From an uncultured Pseudomonadota bacterium (GTDB lineage Bacteria > Desulfobacterota > Syntrophorhabdia > Syntrophorhabdales > CAYQXL01), in the NCBI GenBank assembly GCA_964651435.1, contig CAZYVU010000007.1, positions 9,143 to 73,142 of the forward strand: DNA of 64,000 nt. The letters are read 5' to 3'. Every line of letters begins with the position of its first letter. Position 1 is the stretch's first letter. Positions 9,800 through 17,986 of this stretch are shown in pieces. A program made the translations under genes and the position numbers. The notes below the pieces were generated by a model. That model saw only the letters and a program-made list of their open reading frames with translations, searched no databases and was not told the DNA's origin.

Positions 9800-10719
9800 A
9801 GATCGCTTTTTTCGGCTCTTCCTCCTTTTCCGTACCCCCTCTTCAGTCCATTGCCTCTCAGGTCGCGGCGGTCATCACAAAAAAGGCCCGCCCCAAGGGA
9901 AGGGGCTATCTCTTGGGGGACAATGAGGTGAAACGCACCGCCGGCGACCTTGGCCTACCGGTTGTAGAGATAGAAAGCTTTAAATCGGACGATGCCGCCG
10001 CCGTAACAGGCCTGGATGTAGATCTCTTTGTCGTAGCCTCCTTCGGGCTCATCATACCCGGGCCTACTTTGGCCCGCCCGGCCATAGGCGCCATAAACGT
10101 CCACCCCTCCCTGTTGCCCAAATATCGAGGGCCCTCACCAATACAGTGGGCCCTGTTGCGAGGTGATACGGCTACGGGTCTGACGGTCATTCGGATGACC
10201 GAAAGGATGGATGCCGGACCCATTGTCTATCAGGAGACAGCGCCCATAGGAGCAGAGGAAAACGCCATCGCCCTGTCGGCAAGGCTTTCCAGTCGCGCGG
10301 CAGAGATCCTGCCTGCACTGATCGGCGACATTGAAGGACGCCGTGCAATCCCTGCCGTGGCGCAGGCCGAAGAGGAGGCTACCTATTGCCCGGTCCTGGA
10401 TAAGGGAATGGGTCTCATCGACTGGAATGACGATGCCGCCGCCGTTGTCAGAAGGGTTCGGGCTTTTGTGGAGTGGCCCACAGCCTATACCTATCTGGAC
10501 AACAAGATGCTGAAGGTACATGAAGCGGCGGTGTTGGCGGCCCAAGGGCCCCATGAGGCCGGCAGGGTGTTGGCCCTGTCGAAAGAGGGTTTCATAGTCA
10601 GCGCCGGAAAAGATGCCGTCCTTTTGAGGGACGTGCAACTCGAGAACAAGAAGAGGGTCTCGGGCCGCGATTTCGCCAACGGATACAGGCATCTTGTTGG
10701 AAAAGTGCTTGGACGGTAG
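9796..10719 (+). CDS. fmt: methionyl-tRNA formyltransferase
   Basis: 307-aa ORF with a 4-nt overlap with def and the block INVHPSLLPKYRGPSPIQWAL. Confidence 0.95.
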   Translation: MKIAFFGSSSFSVPPLQSIASQVAAVITKKARPKGRGYLLGDNEVKRTAGDLGLPVVEIESFKSDDAAAVTGLDVDLFVVASFGLIIPGPTLARPAIGAINVHPSLLPKYRGPSPIQWALLRGDTATGLTVIRMTERMDAGPIVYQETAPIGAEENAIALSARLSSRAAEILPALIGDIEGRRAIPAVAQAEEEATYCPVLDKGMGLIDWNDDAAAVVRRVRAFVEWPTAYTYLDNKMLKVHEAAVLAAQGPHEAGRVLALSKEGFIVSAGKDAVLLRDVQLENKKRVSGRDFANGYRHLVGKVLGR

Positions 10720-10737
10720 ATTTTTGGCCGTTTTTTG

Positions 10738-10766
10738 TTGACAGTTCGCGGTAGCACCTTTAATAT
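10738..10766 (+). promoter_or_regulatory. candidate sigma70 promoter for the lytic transglycosylase gene
   Basis: TTGACA (10738-10743), 17-nt spacer, TAATAT (10761-10766). It lies inside the TTG-extended ORF, which argues for the ATG at 10774 or later. Confidence 0.45.
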
Positions 10767-10773
10767 CAAAAAT

Positions 10774-12567
10774 ATGGCTATGAGAAAAAATATGCAGGTG
10801 GTTTCTGTCTTCGAGGCCCTTTTCACCATTGCTCTTGTAATTACGCTATGTTCCTGCGCAGGGTCGGGTTCTGTTGTAAAGCAAACCGATACCATCGCCC
10901 CTGTCTCCGCCGGTACGGCAGCCAGCGACGACCGGGCGGAACCGAAAGAGTTGATTGTCTTTTCTCCCGGCGGGGATGCCTGCGATACCCGGATGGGGGT
11001 GGGCCGAGCCACTGAGGACGACAACATTGCCCTCCTTCTTGGGCCCGATGGGTATTCGAAATTCGATATTCCCATAGTGTTCAACGAGGCCGTTCAATAC
11101 AACATCCGCTGGTTTCAGGAGGAAAAACGCAAGGTTTTTACTAACTGGCTCAGAAGGTCGAAGAGGTACGTACCGCTTATCCGCAGCCTGTTGAAGCAGC
11201 AAGGGATGCCGGAGGACCTCGTCTACCTTGCCATGATCGAGAGCGGCTTTAACCCCCGGGCCTACTCCCCGATGAAGGCTTGCGGTCCCTGGCAATTCAT
11301 CTACGCAACGGGCGAGCGCTATGGCCTCAAGGTTGACTACTGGGTTGACGAGCGGCGTGACCCGGAGAGATCGACAGTGGCAGCGGCAAAATACCTTCGC
11401 GACCTTTTCAATCAGTTTGGGTGTTGGTATCTTGCGGCGGCAGGCTACAACGCGGGAGAGGGAAGGATAGAAAGGGCCATTGAGCGGCACAATACAAGCG
11501 ATTACTGGGAACTGGTCAGGTATAACGCACTGCCCAAGGAGACTCGAGAGTATATCCCGCGGCTCATAGCGGCCGCTATTATCGCCAAAGACCCGGAAAA
11601 GTTCGGCTTCGGCGACATTAAATATGATCCCCCTGTACCGTACCGGAAGGTGACGGTGCCGGGAGGCATACCACTAAACGCAGTAGCGAAAGCGGCTGAC
11701 GTAAATCCGGACACCTTACGTTTTCTCAACCCGGAGATCTTGAGAGGCATTACCCCTCCCACGTCCAGGGAGTACGTCCTCAAACTGCCCGGAAGCATGT
11801 CCCGTCAGGCGGATGACGGGCTTGCCCTCTCCCTGGAGAAGGAGAGGCGGGTAACCGGCCTCGTGGCACATAAGGTGAAGAAAGGCGAGGGCGTTGACAA
11901 GATACTGAGAAAGTACAAGGTTTCACGGGCCGACTTCTGTCTCGTCAACGATTGCGGAGAGCAACTTCGAATCTCCAGGGGCATAACGGTTAATGTGCCG
12001 CGCTTTGCCGCGGAAGTGGCCGTAGGACGAACAGCGGGCAATGTGGCTGTGGCCTCCGCTGATGGAAGGCCTGCGCCGAAAGGAACACTGACGGCCAAGG
12101 CGAAACCCGTGCGCGTCACTAAAGCCGGGAAGGAAGCTGATCCAAAGGAAAGGGGCAGGGGGGCCGCCGAAGAGCGAACAAAGATCAGAACGGCCGGGGC
12201 CGGAAATAGCGGCGCGGGGACTGACGGATCGGGGAAGGACGTACCCCCCGTTCATGTCGTCAGGAAGGGGGAGAACCTGGCGTCAATTGCAGAGAAATAC
12301 GGCGTCGACGTTGCCACGATAAGGTCGGTCAACAACTTGAAGGGAAACACTGTCCACCCCAATACGAAGCTGAGGCTGGTGAGTTACGGGAGACCTAAGG
12401 AATCGGCCCCGGCAAAGATTCACGTTGTAAAGAAGGGTGAGTCGCTTAAGAGCATTGCGGAGCGGCACAAAATCACTGTCGCCGCACTCAAAAGCACCAA
12501 TGGGATCGACGATAAAGACAAGCTTCGTCCCGGTACAAAGTTAAAAATCATCAGGATGGAGAATTAG
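10774..12567 (+). CDS. membrane-bound lytic transglycosylase with three LysM repeats (MltD-like), probable lipoprotein
   Basis: SLT catalytic block [23 protein letters not shown] and three LysM-like repeats ([39 protein letters not shown]). Signal sequence with ITLCSC. The ORF track starts at TTG 10735, and the start is uncertain (10774, 10780 or 10792). Confidence 0.85.
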   Translation: MAMRKNMQVVSVFEALFTIALVITLCSCAGSGSVVKQTDTIAPVSAGTAASDDRAEPKELIVFSPGGDACDTRMGVGRATEDDNIALLLGPDGYSKFDIPIVFNEAVQYNIRWFQEEKRKVFTNWLRRSKRYVPLIRSLLKQQGMPEDLVYLAMIESGFNPRAYSPMKACGPWQFIYATGERYGLKVDYWVDERRDPERSTVAAAKYLRDLFNQFGCWYLAAAGYNAGEGRIERAIERHNTSDYWELVRYNALPKETREYIPRLIAAAIIAKDPEKFGFGDIKYDPPVPYRKVTVPGGIPLNAVAKAADVNPDTLRFLNPEILRGITPPTSREYVLKLPGSMSRQADDGLALSLEKERRVTGLVAHKVKKGEGVDKILRKYKVSRADFCLVNDCGEQLRISRGITVNVPRFAAEVAVGRTAGNVAVASADGRPAPKGTLTAKAKPVRVTKAGKEADPKERGRGAAEERTKIRTAGAGNSGAGTDGSGKDVPPVHVVRKGENLASIAEKYGVDVATIRSVNNLKGNTVHPNTKLRLVSYGRPKESAPAKIHVVKKGESLKSIAERHKITVAALKSTNGIDDKDKLRPGTKLKIIRMEN

Positions 12568-12593
12568 AAAAAGGCTTTTATTTCGAAGCGCCG

Positions 12594-13073
12594 TCAGACG
12601 TGGAGCACCAGATTGATCATGTCTCCGCGCGAGAAGCCCATGGCGTGGAAGAATTGCAGCAGATCCCAGTCGTTCCAGTTCACAAGGGTGTAAATCGTGT
12701 CTACACCATAGTTCTTCAGATTGGCGATGAGGCCCGTGGCCAGGACCTTCGCAATGCCCCTGTTTTGGTAGTCGGGGTCTATACCGATTGTATCGATCCA
12801 CCCTATGTTGTTCGGCACCTTGAATTCCCAACCACTTACCTCTCCGAGGATAAAACCCACGATCTTTTCGTCGATCTCCGACACAAGGGAGGCGTCAACG
12901 GGCCTCGAACCGGCCTGTTTGATGATCTTGTAAAACCAATAATCCCTTCTCGACTCACCTAGAACCTTGGTGTCTATTTCTACGATGGCATCAAGGTCTT
13001 CCGGAAGCATGGTTCGAACGGAGAGTTTCTCAAAAAAATTACTCATGGAGTTCTCTTGTTCATTTTTTAACAT
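12594..13073 (-). CDS. GNAT-family N-acetyltransferase
   Basis: 159-aa ORF with the acetyl-CoA-binding block IGIDPDYQNRGIAKVL. Confidence 0.75.
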   Translation of the reverse strand: MLKNEQENSMSNFFEKLSVRTMLPEDLDAIVEIDTKVLGESRRDYWFYKIIKQAGSRPVDASLVSEIDEKIVGFILGEVSGWEFKVPNNIGWIDTIGIDPDYQNRGIAKVLATGLIANLKNYGVDTIYTLVNWNDWDLLQFFHAMGFSRGDMINLVLHV

Positions 13074-13126
13074 GCTCGAATTTCTATTTCAACAAGAATT
13101 ATGTAAATTGTGAAAAGTATTACATA

Positions 13127-14782
13127 CTATCGGTTCGATAGAAGGCAGCGGTCGCCCTCGCACAGCAGTATATGCATTCGGCCCGGAGCCTTTTCTTCAA
13201 GGGCGGGGAGTATCTTTTTAGCCGCTATCGTCAGTATCCTCTTCTCCGATCTGTAACGATCAAGAAACTCTTCGAGGGAGATGAAGTACGGCGCCGCATC
13301 CTCGTGCCGTGCGCCCATGGCAAGCTCTCCTTTATGGGCGGCCAGAATGACGCGGGATCTTGTGTAGAAGGGCACGCTCTCCTCAAAGGAGTTCAAATTG
13401 ACTACTTCATCGAACTGGCCCCTCAGCTCGTTTATTTGAAGGCTTATCCTCTTCGATGTATTGACCTTGTCTACAATATCGATGTTGGCCAGAAGAAAGG
13501 AGAGGGCAATGGCGGGAAAGGCCGCACACCACACCACCCACCGGCTGGGGCTCCTTACAGAGACCATAGCAGGAAACAACGCCCAGGCAAGACCCGTCAC
13601 CCCACACAGAAGAAGGGACCACCACGGCTGGGGAACCTGAAGCGTCCCAATCAGCTTTGGCGGGAGGACCGTATCGGCGGCAATGGCCGCGTACAGGGCC
13701 CCCACAGCAAAGAGACCGCCCAGGACGGCAGATGCAAGAATCTCGGCACGAGAAAGTTGGCGGCTGTGCACCTTCAGTTCAGCCAAATAGTGCCCCAACA
13801 CCAGCGCAAGGGGAGGGAAAAGGGGCAGTATGTAGGGAGGAAGCTTTGACCCCGAGAGGCTGAAAAATAGAAAGGTGACGAGCGACCACAGAAGGAACAG
13901 CCGCAGGTCCCGTGAACGCCAAACGCTCTGGAGCTGGAGGGCTCGCGGCAATAAGACTGTCCACGGCAGCAACCCGCCCAGCAGCACGGGAATAAAATAA
14001 TAGAACGGCCCTGACCGTTTGTGTTGGGTGGTCAGAAATCGAAGAATATGCTGATCTACAAAGAAAAAATAGATAAATTCCTTTTCCCTCAACCCTATGA
14101 GCACAAACCATGGCGCAGCCACGACCAGGTAAAGAGCAATCCCGGGTAACCAAAGCAAGCTCAGAAGAGGCCTTGCCGTTCTCTCGGTCAAACTGTACAG
14201 AAAAACGGTCGCGCCCACAAGAACGACGGCAACGGGACCCTTCGTCAGCGTTGCACAGGCCAAAGACAGATAAAAAACTATGAGGTAACGTCGCCCCCCT
14301 TGCCTGAAGTAGAGCGCGCACGAGCAGAGGGAGAGAAAAAGAAGAAAGGCAAAGCACATGTCAAGCGTCACAATGCGTGCCATGGCGAGGAAGCTGAACG
14401 ACGAACAGAGCACTATAGCCGAAATAAAGCCGGTCTCCTCCGAGAACAGGCGCCGCCCGGCAAAGTAGACCAGCAGGACCGTAAGGAGGGCGCAGAGCGC
14501 ATTGGGAAAGCGAAACGCCCACTCGTTCAATCCAAATAGCTTGAATGAAAGGGCCGTTGCCCAGTAGAGAAACGGCGGCTTCTCGAAGTAGCGTGTGTAG
14601 TTAAAATAGGGGACAACCCAGTCGCCGCTTTCCACCATTTCCCGAGGAATCTCGGCATACCTGCCCTCATCGGGCTCCTTCAAAGAGTAATCACCAAGAT
14701 TGACGAAGAAGAAGAGCAATGAAAGGAGCAGTAGGATCGCGACGCGGCCCAGTGCCGTGGAGGTGCCTGCCTGAACCTTCAT
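13127..14782 (-). CDS. GT39 (ArnT/PMT-like) polyprenyl-phosphate-dependent glycosyltransferase
   Basis: 551-aa polytopic membrane ORF. The first periplasmic loop EPDEGRYAEIPREM...YFEKPPFLYW matches the GT-C/GT39 signature. Confidence 0.8.
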   Translation of the reverse strand: MKVQAGTSTALGRVAILLLLSLLFFFVNLGDYSLKEPDEGRYAEIPREMVESGDWVVPYFNYTRYFEKPPFLYWATALSFKLFGLNEWAFRFPNALCALLTVLLVYFAGRRLFSEETGFISAIVLCSSFSFLAMARIVTLDMCFAFLLFLSLCSCALYFRQGGRRYLIVFYLSLACATLTKGPVAVVLVGATVFLYSLTERTARPLLSLLWLPGIALYLVVAAPWFVLIGLREKEFIYFFFVDQHILRFLTTQHKRSGPFYYFIPVLLGGLLPWTVLLPRALQLQSVWRSRDLRLFLLWSLVTFLFFSLSGSKLPPYILPLFPPLALVLGHYLAELKVHSRQLSRAEILASAVLGGLFAVGALYAAIAADTVLPPKLIGTLQVPQPWWSLLLCGVTGLAWALFPAMVSVRSPSRWVVWCAAFPAIALSFLLANIDIVDKVNTSKRISLQINELRGQFDEVVNLNSFEESVPFYTRSRVILAAHKGELAMGARHEDAAPYFISLEEFLDRYRSEKRILTIAAKKILPALEEKAPGRMHILLCEGDRCLLSNR

Positions 14783-16335
14783 GACTTGCCGCCCCGGTAC
14801 TCAAGGATGACCATGTCCGTACCCCCCACCTTTCTCTCTGCCAGGACCACAGCGCCTGACAGCGCCTCGGAAACCTCCCGCAAGTCCCTTTTTCGCGTGA
14901 GAATTATAAGCCGCCCGTGGTGCCGTCCCACCTCCCGCAGGCCCTTCGTGTCGTGCTCGTCCACATGGAGAGCCCGCTGTCCCACATAGTATACATACAC
15001 ACCCCTCATGCTTCCGTAGTATAACCAGGGTCTGCCGTCTGAAACAATCCGTTTGACCTCTGCGGCCAGGGGGCGGGGGGATTTGAAGGAATCGATCTTC
15101 TCGTACAGAATTATGTTGGCCAGCAAGAAGGAGGCACAGACAAGGGAGAAAAGGGCGACCCAAAGGTCCCTCGCAGATCTTCGGACGGCAAAGAGTATGG
15201 CAACGCCCCCCCCGGCAAAGAGGACGGAAAAAAGGATGCATTCATTTCGAAGCTGCGCCGGGATCATTTTCGGTCCGGCGACAAGCACCCCGGCTGCCAC
15301 GAGGAGCGCTGTGGAAAGCAGCACGCCAACAATTTTCTGATAGAGGGCGGAAGGTCCCTCCAAGGCCAGGGCTGAGAAGACCGACAGGGCAGGTACGAGA
15401 GGGAGCATATACTTGCTGATTTTTCCCGAAGAGACTGAAAGGAACAGAAAGGCCCAGGTCGAAAAGATGAGAAGGAAAAGGATCAGGAGACTCTCCTTTC
15501 GCTCTTTGAAGGCCCTATAGATGCCCAAGGGCAGGAAGAGGGACCAGGGCAGGAAGTCCATCGGCAAGGTCGTAAGGTAATAATAGAAGGGCCGCCGGTG
15601 GCTCCACGCCTCGGAAAAGCGCAGCAGGTTCTGTCGGACCACATTTTCGTAAAGAAAAGAAGGGCCCTCCTTGAGGTAAACGGCTACGTACCACGGCATG
15701 ACGATGGCAGCGAAGAGCAGGGATGCAGCACCGGCATGGAGCAACGGAAAGGGCGTCTTTCTCTTGGCCAGAAAGGAAAAGGCCAGCATAGGGGGAAGGG
15801 TGAGGACCAACGCAAGAGGGCCTTTCGTGAGAAAGGCACCCCCCAAGAAGACGGCACAAAGGTAAAGGCAACCGGTCCTCTCCTTCGCGAAGAACCACAG
15901 GAAGGAAAAGAGTGACAGGCAAAGAAATGCCGAAAAGACCATGTCCACCTGAACATATCGTGCCTGCCAGTAGACGAGAGGTGATGAAACAAAGATGAGC
16001 GACGCATAGAGGGCCCTCTTTCTGTCCGAAAGCCATGCCACGGTGGCAAAAAGGGCACAGGCAAGAGCCAGTGCAAAAAGAGCCGACGGCACCCGGAAGG
16101 AGATCTCCTCCTTGAGCCACGGCTGAATCTTGCCGGAAGCATATAGGACATAGTAATACAGGGGGGGCTTCTCGGCGTAGGGCTTTCCGTTGAGGCGGGG
16201 CACGACGAAATCGTCCTCTAATTCCCGGGCCACCTGGGCAAAATCCCCCTCGTCGGGCGCCCAAAAATCCCTCGATCCAAGGCCTGTGAAAAACAATGCT
16301 ATGGCCAAGCAGGAGAGTAGTATCATCCCTTTCAT
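14779..16335 (-). CDS. GT39 (ArnT/PMT-like) glycosyltransferase, tandem paralogue
   Basis: Loop APDEGDFAQVAREL...YAEKPPLYYY, with a 4-nt overlap with the downstream paralogue. The ORF track extends to a TTG at 16410 that abuts the RNase P RNA 3' end. The ATG at 16335 (MKGMILLSCL...) is the more plausible start. Confidence 0.75.
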   Translation of the reverse strand: MKGMILLSCLAIALFFTGLGSRDFWAPDEGDFAQVARELEDDFVVPRLNGKPYAEKPPLYYYVLYASGKIQPWLKEEISFRVPSALFALALACALFATVAWLSDRKRALYASLIFVSSPLVYWQARYVQVDMVFSAFLCLSLFSFLWFFAKERTGCLYLCAVFLGGAFLTKGPLALVLTLPPMLAFSFLAKRKTPFPLLHAGAASLLFAAIVMPWYVAVYLKEGPSFLYENVVRQNLLRFSEAWSHRRPFYYYLTTLPMDFLPWSLFLPLGIYRAFKERKESLLILFLLIFSTWAFLFLSVSSGKISKYMLPLVPALSVFSALALEGPSALYQKIVGVLLSTALLVAAGVLVAGPKMIPAQLRNECILFSVLFAGGGVAILFAVRRSARDLWVALFSLVCASFLLANIILYEKIDSFKSPRPLAAEVKRIVSDGRPWLYYGSMRGVYVYYVGQRALHVDEHDTKGLREVGRHHGRLIILTRKRDLREVSEALSGAVVLAERKVGGTDMVILEYRGGKS

Positions 16336-16410
16336 GTCGATCGGCTCGTGCGGCTGTATAGGGGAGGGCACATCGGCTATAAGGGAAGCATAAAAAGGGG
16401 CTGAGGACAA

Positions 16411-16863
16411 GGGTAGACTGTAAGCCGGGTTCTGTCTCCCGCTGAACGCGGGACGGTAGTCATTCCTCTGGCCCCGTGCGTGCCGGGGTCTTGCGGCCTA
16501 CCCGGGTTAAAGGACGGGCCGTCCTCATCGCGCTGCGAGCGCGATCCCCTGTTTGGCCTTGCATCGGATGGGGTTTGCCAAGCTCCCGCGTCGCCGCGGG
16601 ACTGGTAAGCTCTTGCCTCACCATTTCACCCTTACCCGCCAAGGCTCTCGCCTTGAAGTTCGGAGTTCTGAGTTCGGAGCTTAGAGCCTTCATCAGCCCG
16701 AAGCCCTTCACCTGCTTCTCTTCACTGCCGCCGAAGGCGGCGTGGGCGGTGTATTTTCTGTTGCACTTTCCTTGAAGTTGCCTCCAGTCCCCATTAGGGA
16801 CCATCCTGCCCTGCGATGCCCGGACTTTCCTCCCCCTGTAAGGGGGCGACCACCCGTCTACCC
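16411..16863 (-). ncRNA. rnpB: RNase P RNA, bacterial type A
   Basis: Read on the minus strand: a P1 helix (5' GGGTAGAC pairs with 3' GTCTACCC), GGAGGAAAGTCCGGGC, GTGCAACAGAAAATACACCGCC, GGGTAAGGGTGAAATGGTGAGGCAAGAGC, GCAAGGCCAAACAGGGG and ACAGAACCCGGCTTACAG. The ORFs 16460..16804, 16476..16775 and 16742..17854 overlapping it are spurious. Confidence 0.85.
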
Positions 16864-16960
16864 TTGTCCTCTGATCAAGCTTCTTTTGCCGTCGCCATGT
16901 CTTGCTCGCCTGCCCTGCTTGCCGTCACAGTCTACTGCCCGGCCAAGAAAAACGGACTCC

Positions 16961-17671
16961 TTACTCTGCTTCCGAGAAGTAAAATATCCGGTTACAGCTC
17001 GGACAGGTGTGAAGCCTAAGGTTTTTTGTAACTTCAATAAAATACTGAGGAGGAATATTCATGTAGCAACCCATGCAGACAGCTTCCTTAACGTTGACTA
17101 CGGCCAGACCTCCTCTCCTCGCCCGGAGCGTCTCGTATGTCTTTCTGAGGTCGGCATTAACGGTGGACAGCAGCTTTTCTCTCTGGGTTTTGAGTTCCGA
17201 TATGCTCTTGCCGATCGATTCGATCTCCTCATTAAGGACCTTCTTCTCCCCGGCTACTTCCTTTTCTCTCGTCGACAGGAAGGTGGTGGTCGAGTGATTG
17301 TCCTTTTTGAGGCCCTCGACCTGATCCATGAGCACGATGATATCCTCTTCCATCTTGTCTCCGGCCACCTTCAGGGTCTCGATCTCCTTGAGCAATGCCT
17401 GATATTCCTTGTTTGTCTTTACCTCGTAGAGCCGGGATTCAAGCTTCTTGATCTTTTCTTTCTCCGCATCAAGGTCCTTTTCTTTTCGCTTCCTTTCCTT
17501 TTCCAGCTCTTCAACAATGACTTTTTCCGTGGCGATCTTTTCGCGCATTCCTTCAATTTCCGTGTCCAACTCTTCCAATCGGCCTGGCGCACTCACCATT
17601 TTACGTTCCCACTGCGCGATCTGGGAATCTATCTTTTGTGCCTCAAAAAGAGTTCTCAGTTCCTCTTCCAA
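16961..17671 (-). CDS. zinc-ribbon / coiled-coil protein (COG1579-type)
   Basis: 236-aa ORF with a long heptad-rich coiled coil and a C-terminal C4 ribbon (CMGC...CPSC). TTG start preceded by GGAGGG at 6-nt spacing. Confidence 0.7.
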   Translation of the reverse strand: MEEELRTLFEAQKIDSQIAQWERKMVSAPGRLEELDTEIEGMREKIATEKVIVEELEKERKRKEKDLDAEKEKIKKLESRLYEVKTNKEYQALLKEIETLKVAGDKMEEDIIVLMDQVEGLKKDNHSTTTFLSTREKEVAGEKKVLNEEIESIGKSISELKTQREKLLSTVNADLRKTYETLRARRGGLAVVNVKEAVCMGCYMNIPPQYFIEVTKNLRLHTCPSCNRIFYFSEAE

Positions 17672-17689
17672 AATGAGCCCTCCAAAATG

Positions 17690-17726
17690 AAAAGGGGGTG
17701 CACCCTAAGGTACACCCCCTTTTTTG
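17690..17726 (-). terminator. hairpin with flanking U/A tracts between tRNA-Met and the zinc-ribbon gene
   Basis: GGGGGTGCACC-CTAA-GGTACACCCCC (one mismatch), flanked by AAAA on one side and TTTTTT on the other. On the minus strand it is followed by TTTTCATTTT and sits immediately 5' of the zinc-ribbon gene RBS, so it may attenuate rather than fully terminate. Confidence 0.4.
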
Positions 17727-17773
17727 ATAGCGATACTATAAAGCAATTTTTTAGCCACATCCGCAATTTTTAT

Positions 17774-17846
17774 TGGGCCCACCTGGCCTCGAACCAGGGG
17801 CCTACCGGTTATGAGCCGGTGGCTCTACCAACTGAGCTATGGGCCC
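17774..17846 (-). tRNA. tRNA with CAT anticodon (elongator Met, or Ile2 if lysidine-modified)
   Basis: The reverse complement is GGGCCCATAGCTCAGTTGGTAGAGCCACCGGCTCATAACCGGTAGGCCCCTGGTTCGAGGCCAGGTGGGCCCA, which folds as a cloverleaf. It has a G1-C72 pair, so it is not an initiator. No CCA is encoded. Confidence 0.9.
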
Positions 17847-17858
17847 GTAATTAGTAGT

Positions 17859-17888
17859 ATGATAACCGATGCTTACGCTACTTGTCAA
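17859..17888 (-). promoter_or_regulatory. candidate sigma70 promoter for tRNA-Met
   Basis: Minus strand: TTGACA, 18-nt spacer, TATCAT, ending 12 nt upstream of the tRNA 5' end. Confidence 0.5.
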
Positions 17889-17986
17889 GGAATAGGTCCT
17901 TGGTCCCATTTTTTCGTTTTCTTTTCTGCAGATTCACTATAGAATGTTTCGCAGGGGCAGAAGAAGCGCTATGCATAGGAGGGGAC

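Noticed and set aside
12100-12250. A purine-rich, low-complexity stretch (GGGGCAGGGGGGCC...GGGGCCGGAAATAGCGGCGCGGGG).
   Set aside because: It encodes the Gly/Ala/Lys/Arg-rich linker between LysM repeats of the lytic transglycosylase. It is not an independent repeat element.
16460-17854. ORFs 16460..16804 (-), 16476..16775 (+) and the 370-aa ORF 16742..17854 (+).
   Set aside because: They overlap the RNase P RNA, run antisense through the zinc-ribbon gene and cross the tRNA-Met gene. The RNA and protein assignments explain the region.
17882-17986. The TTG-initiated 35-codon N-terminal extension of the malic enzyme ORF.
   Set aside because: The extension overlaps the divergent tRNA-Met promoter. 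An ATG with an AGGAGGGG RBS at 17987 gives a normal malic enzyme N-terminus.
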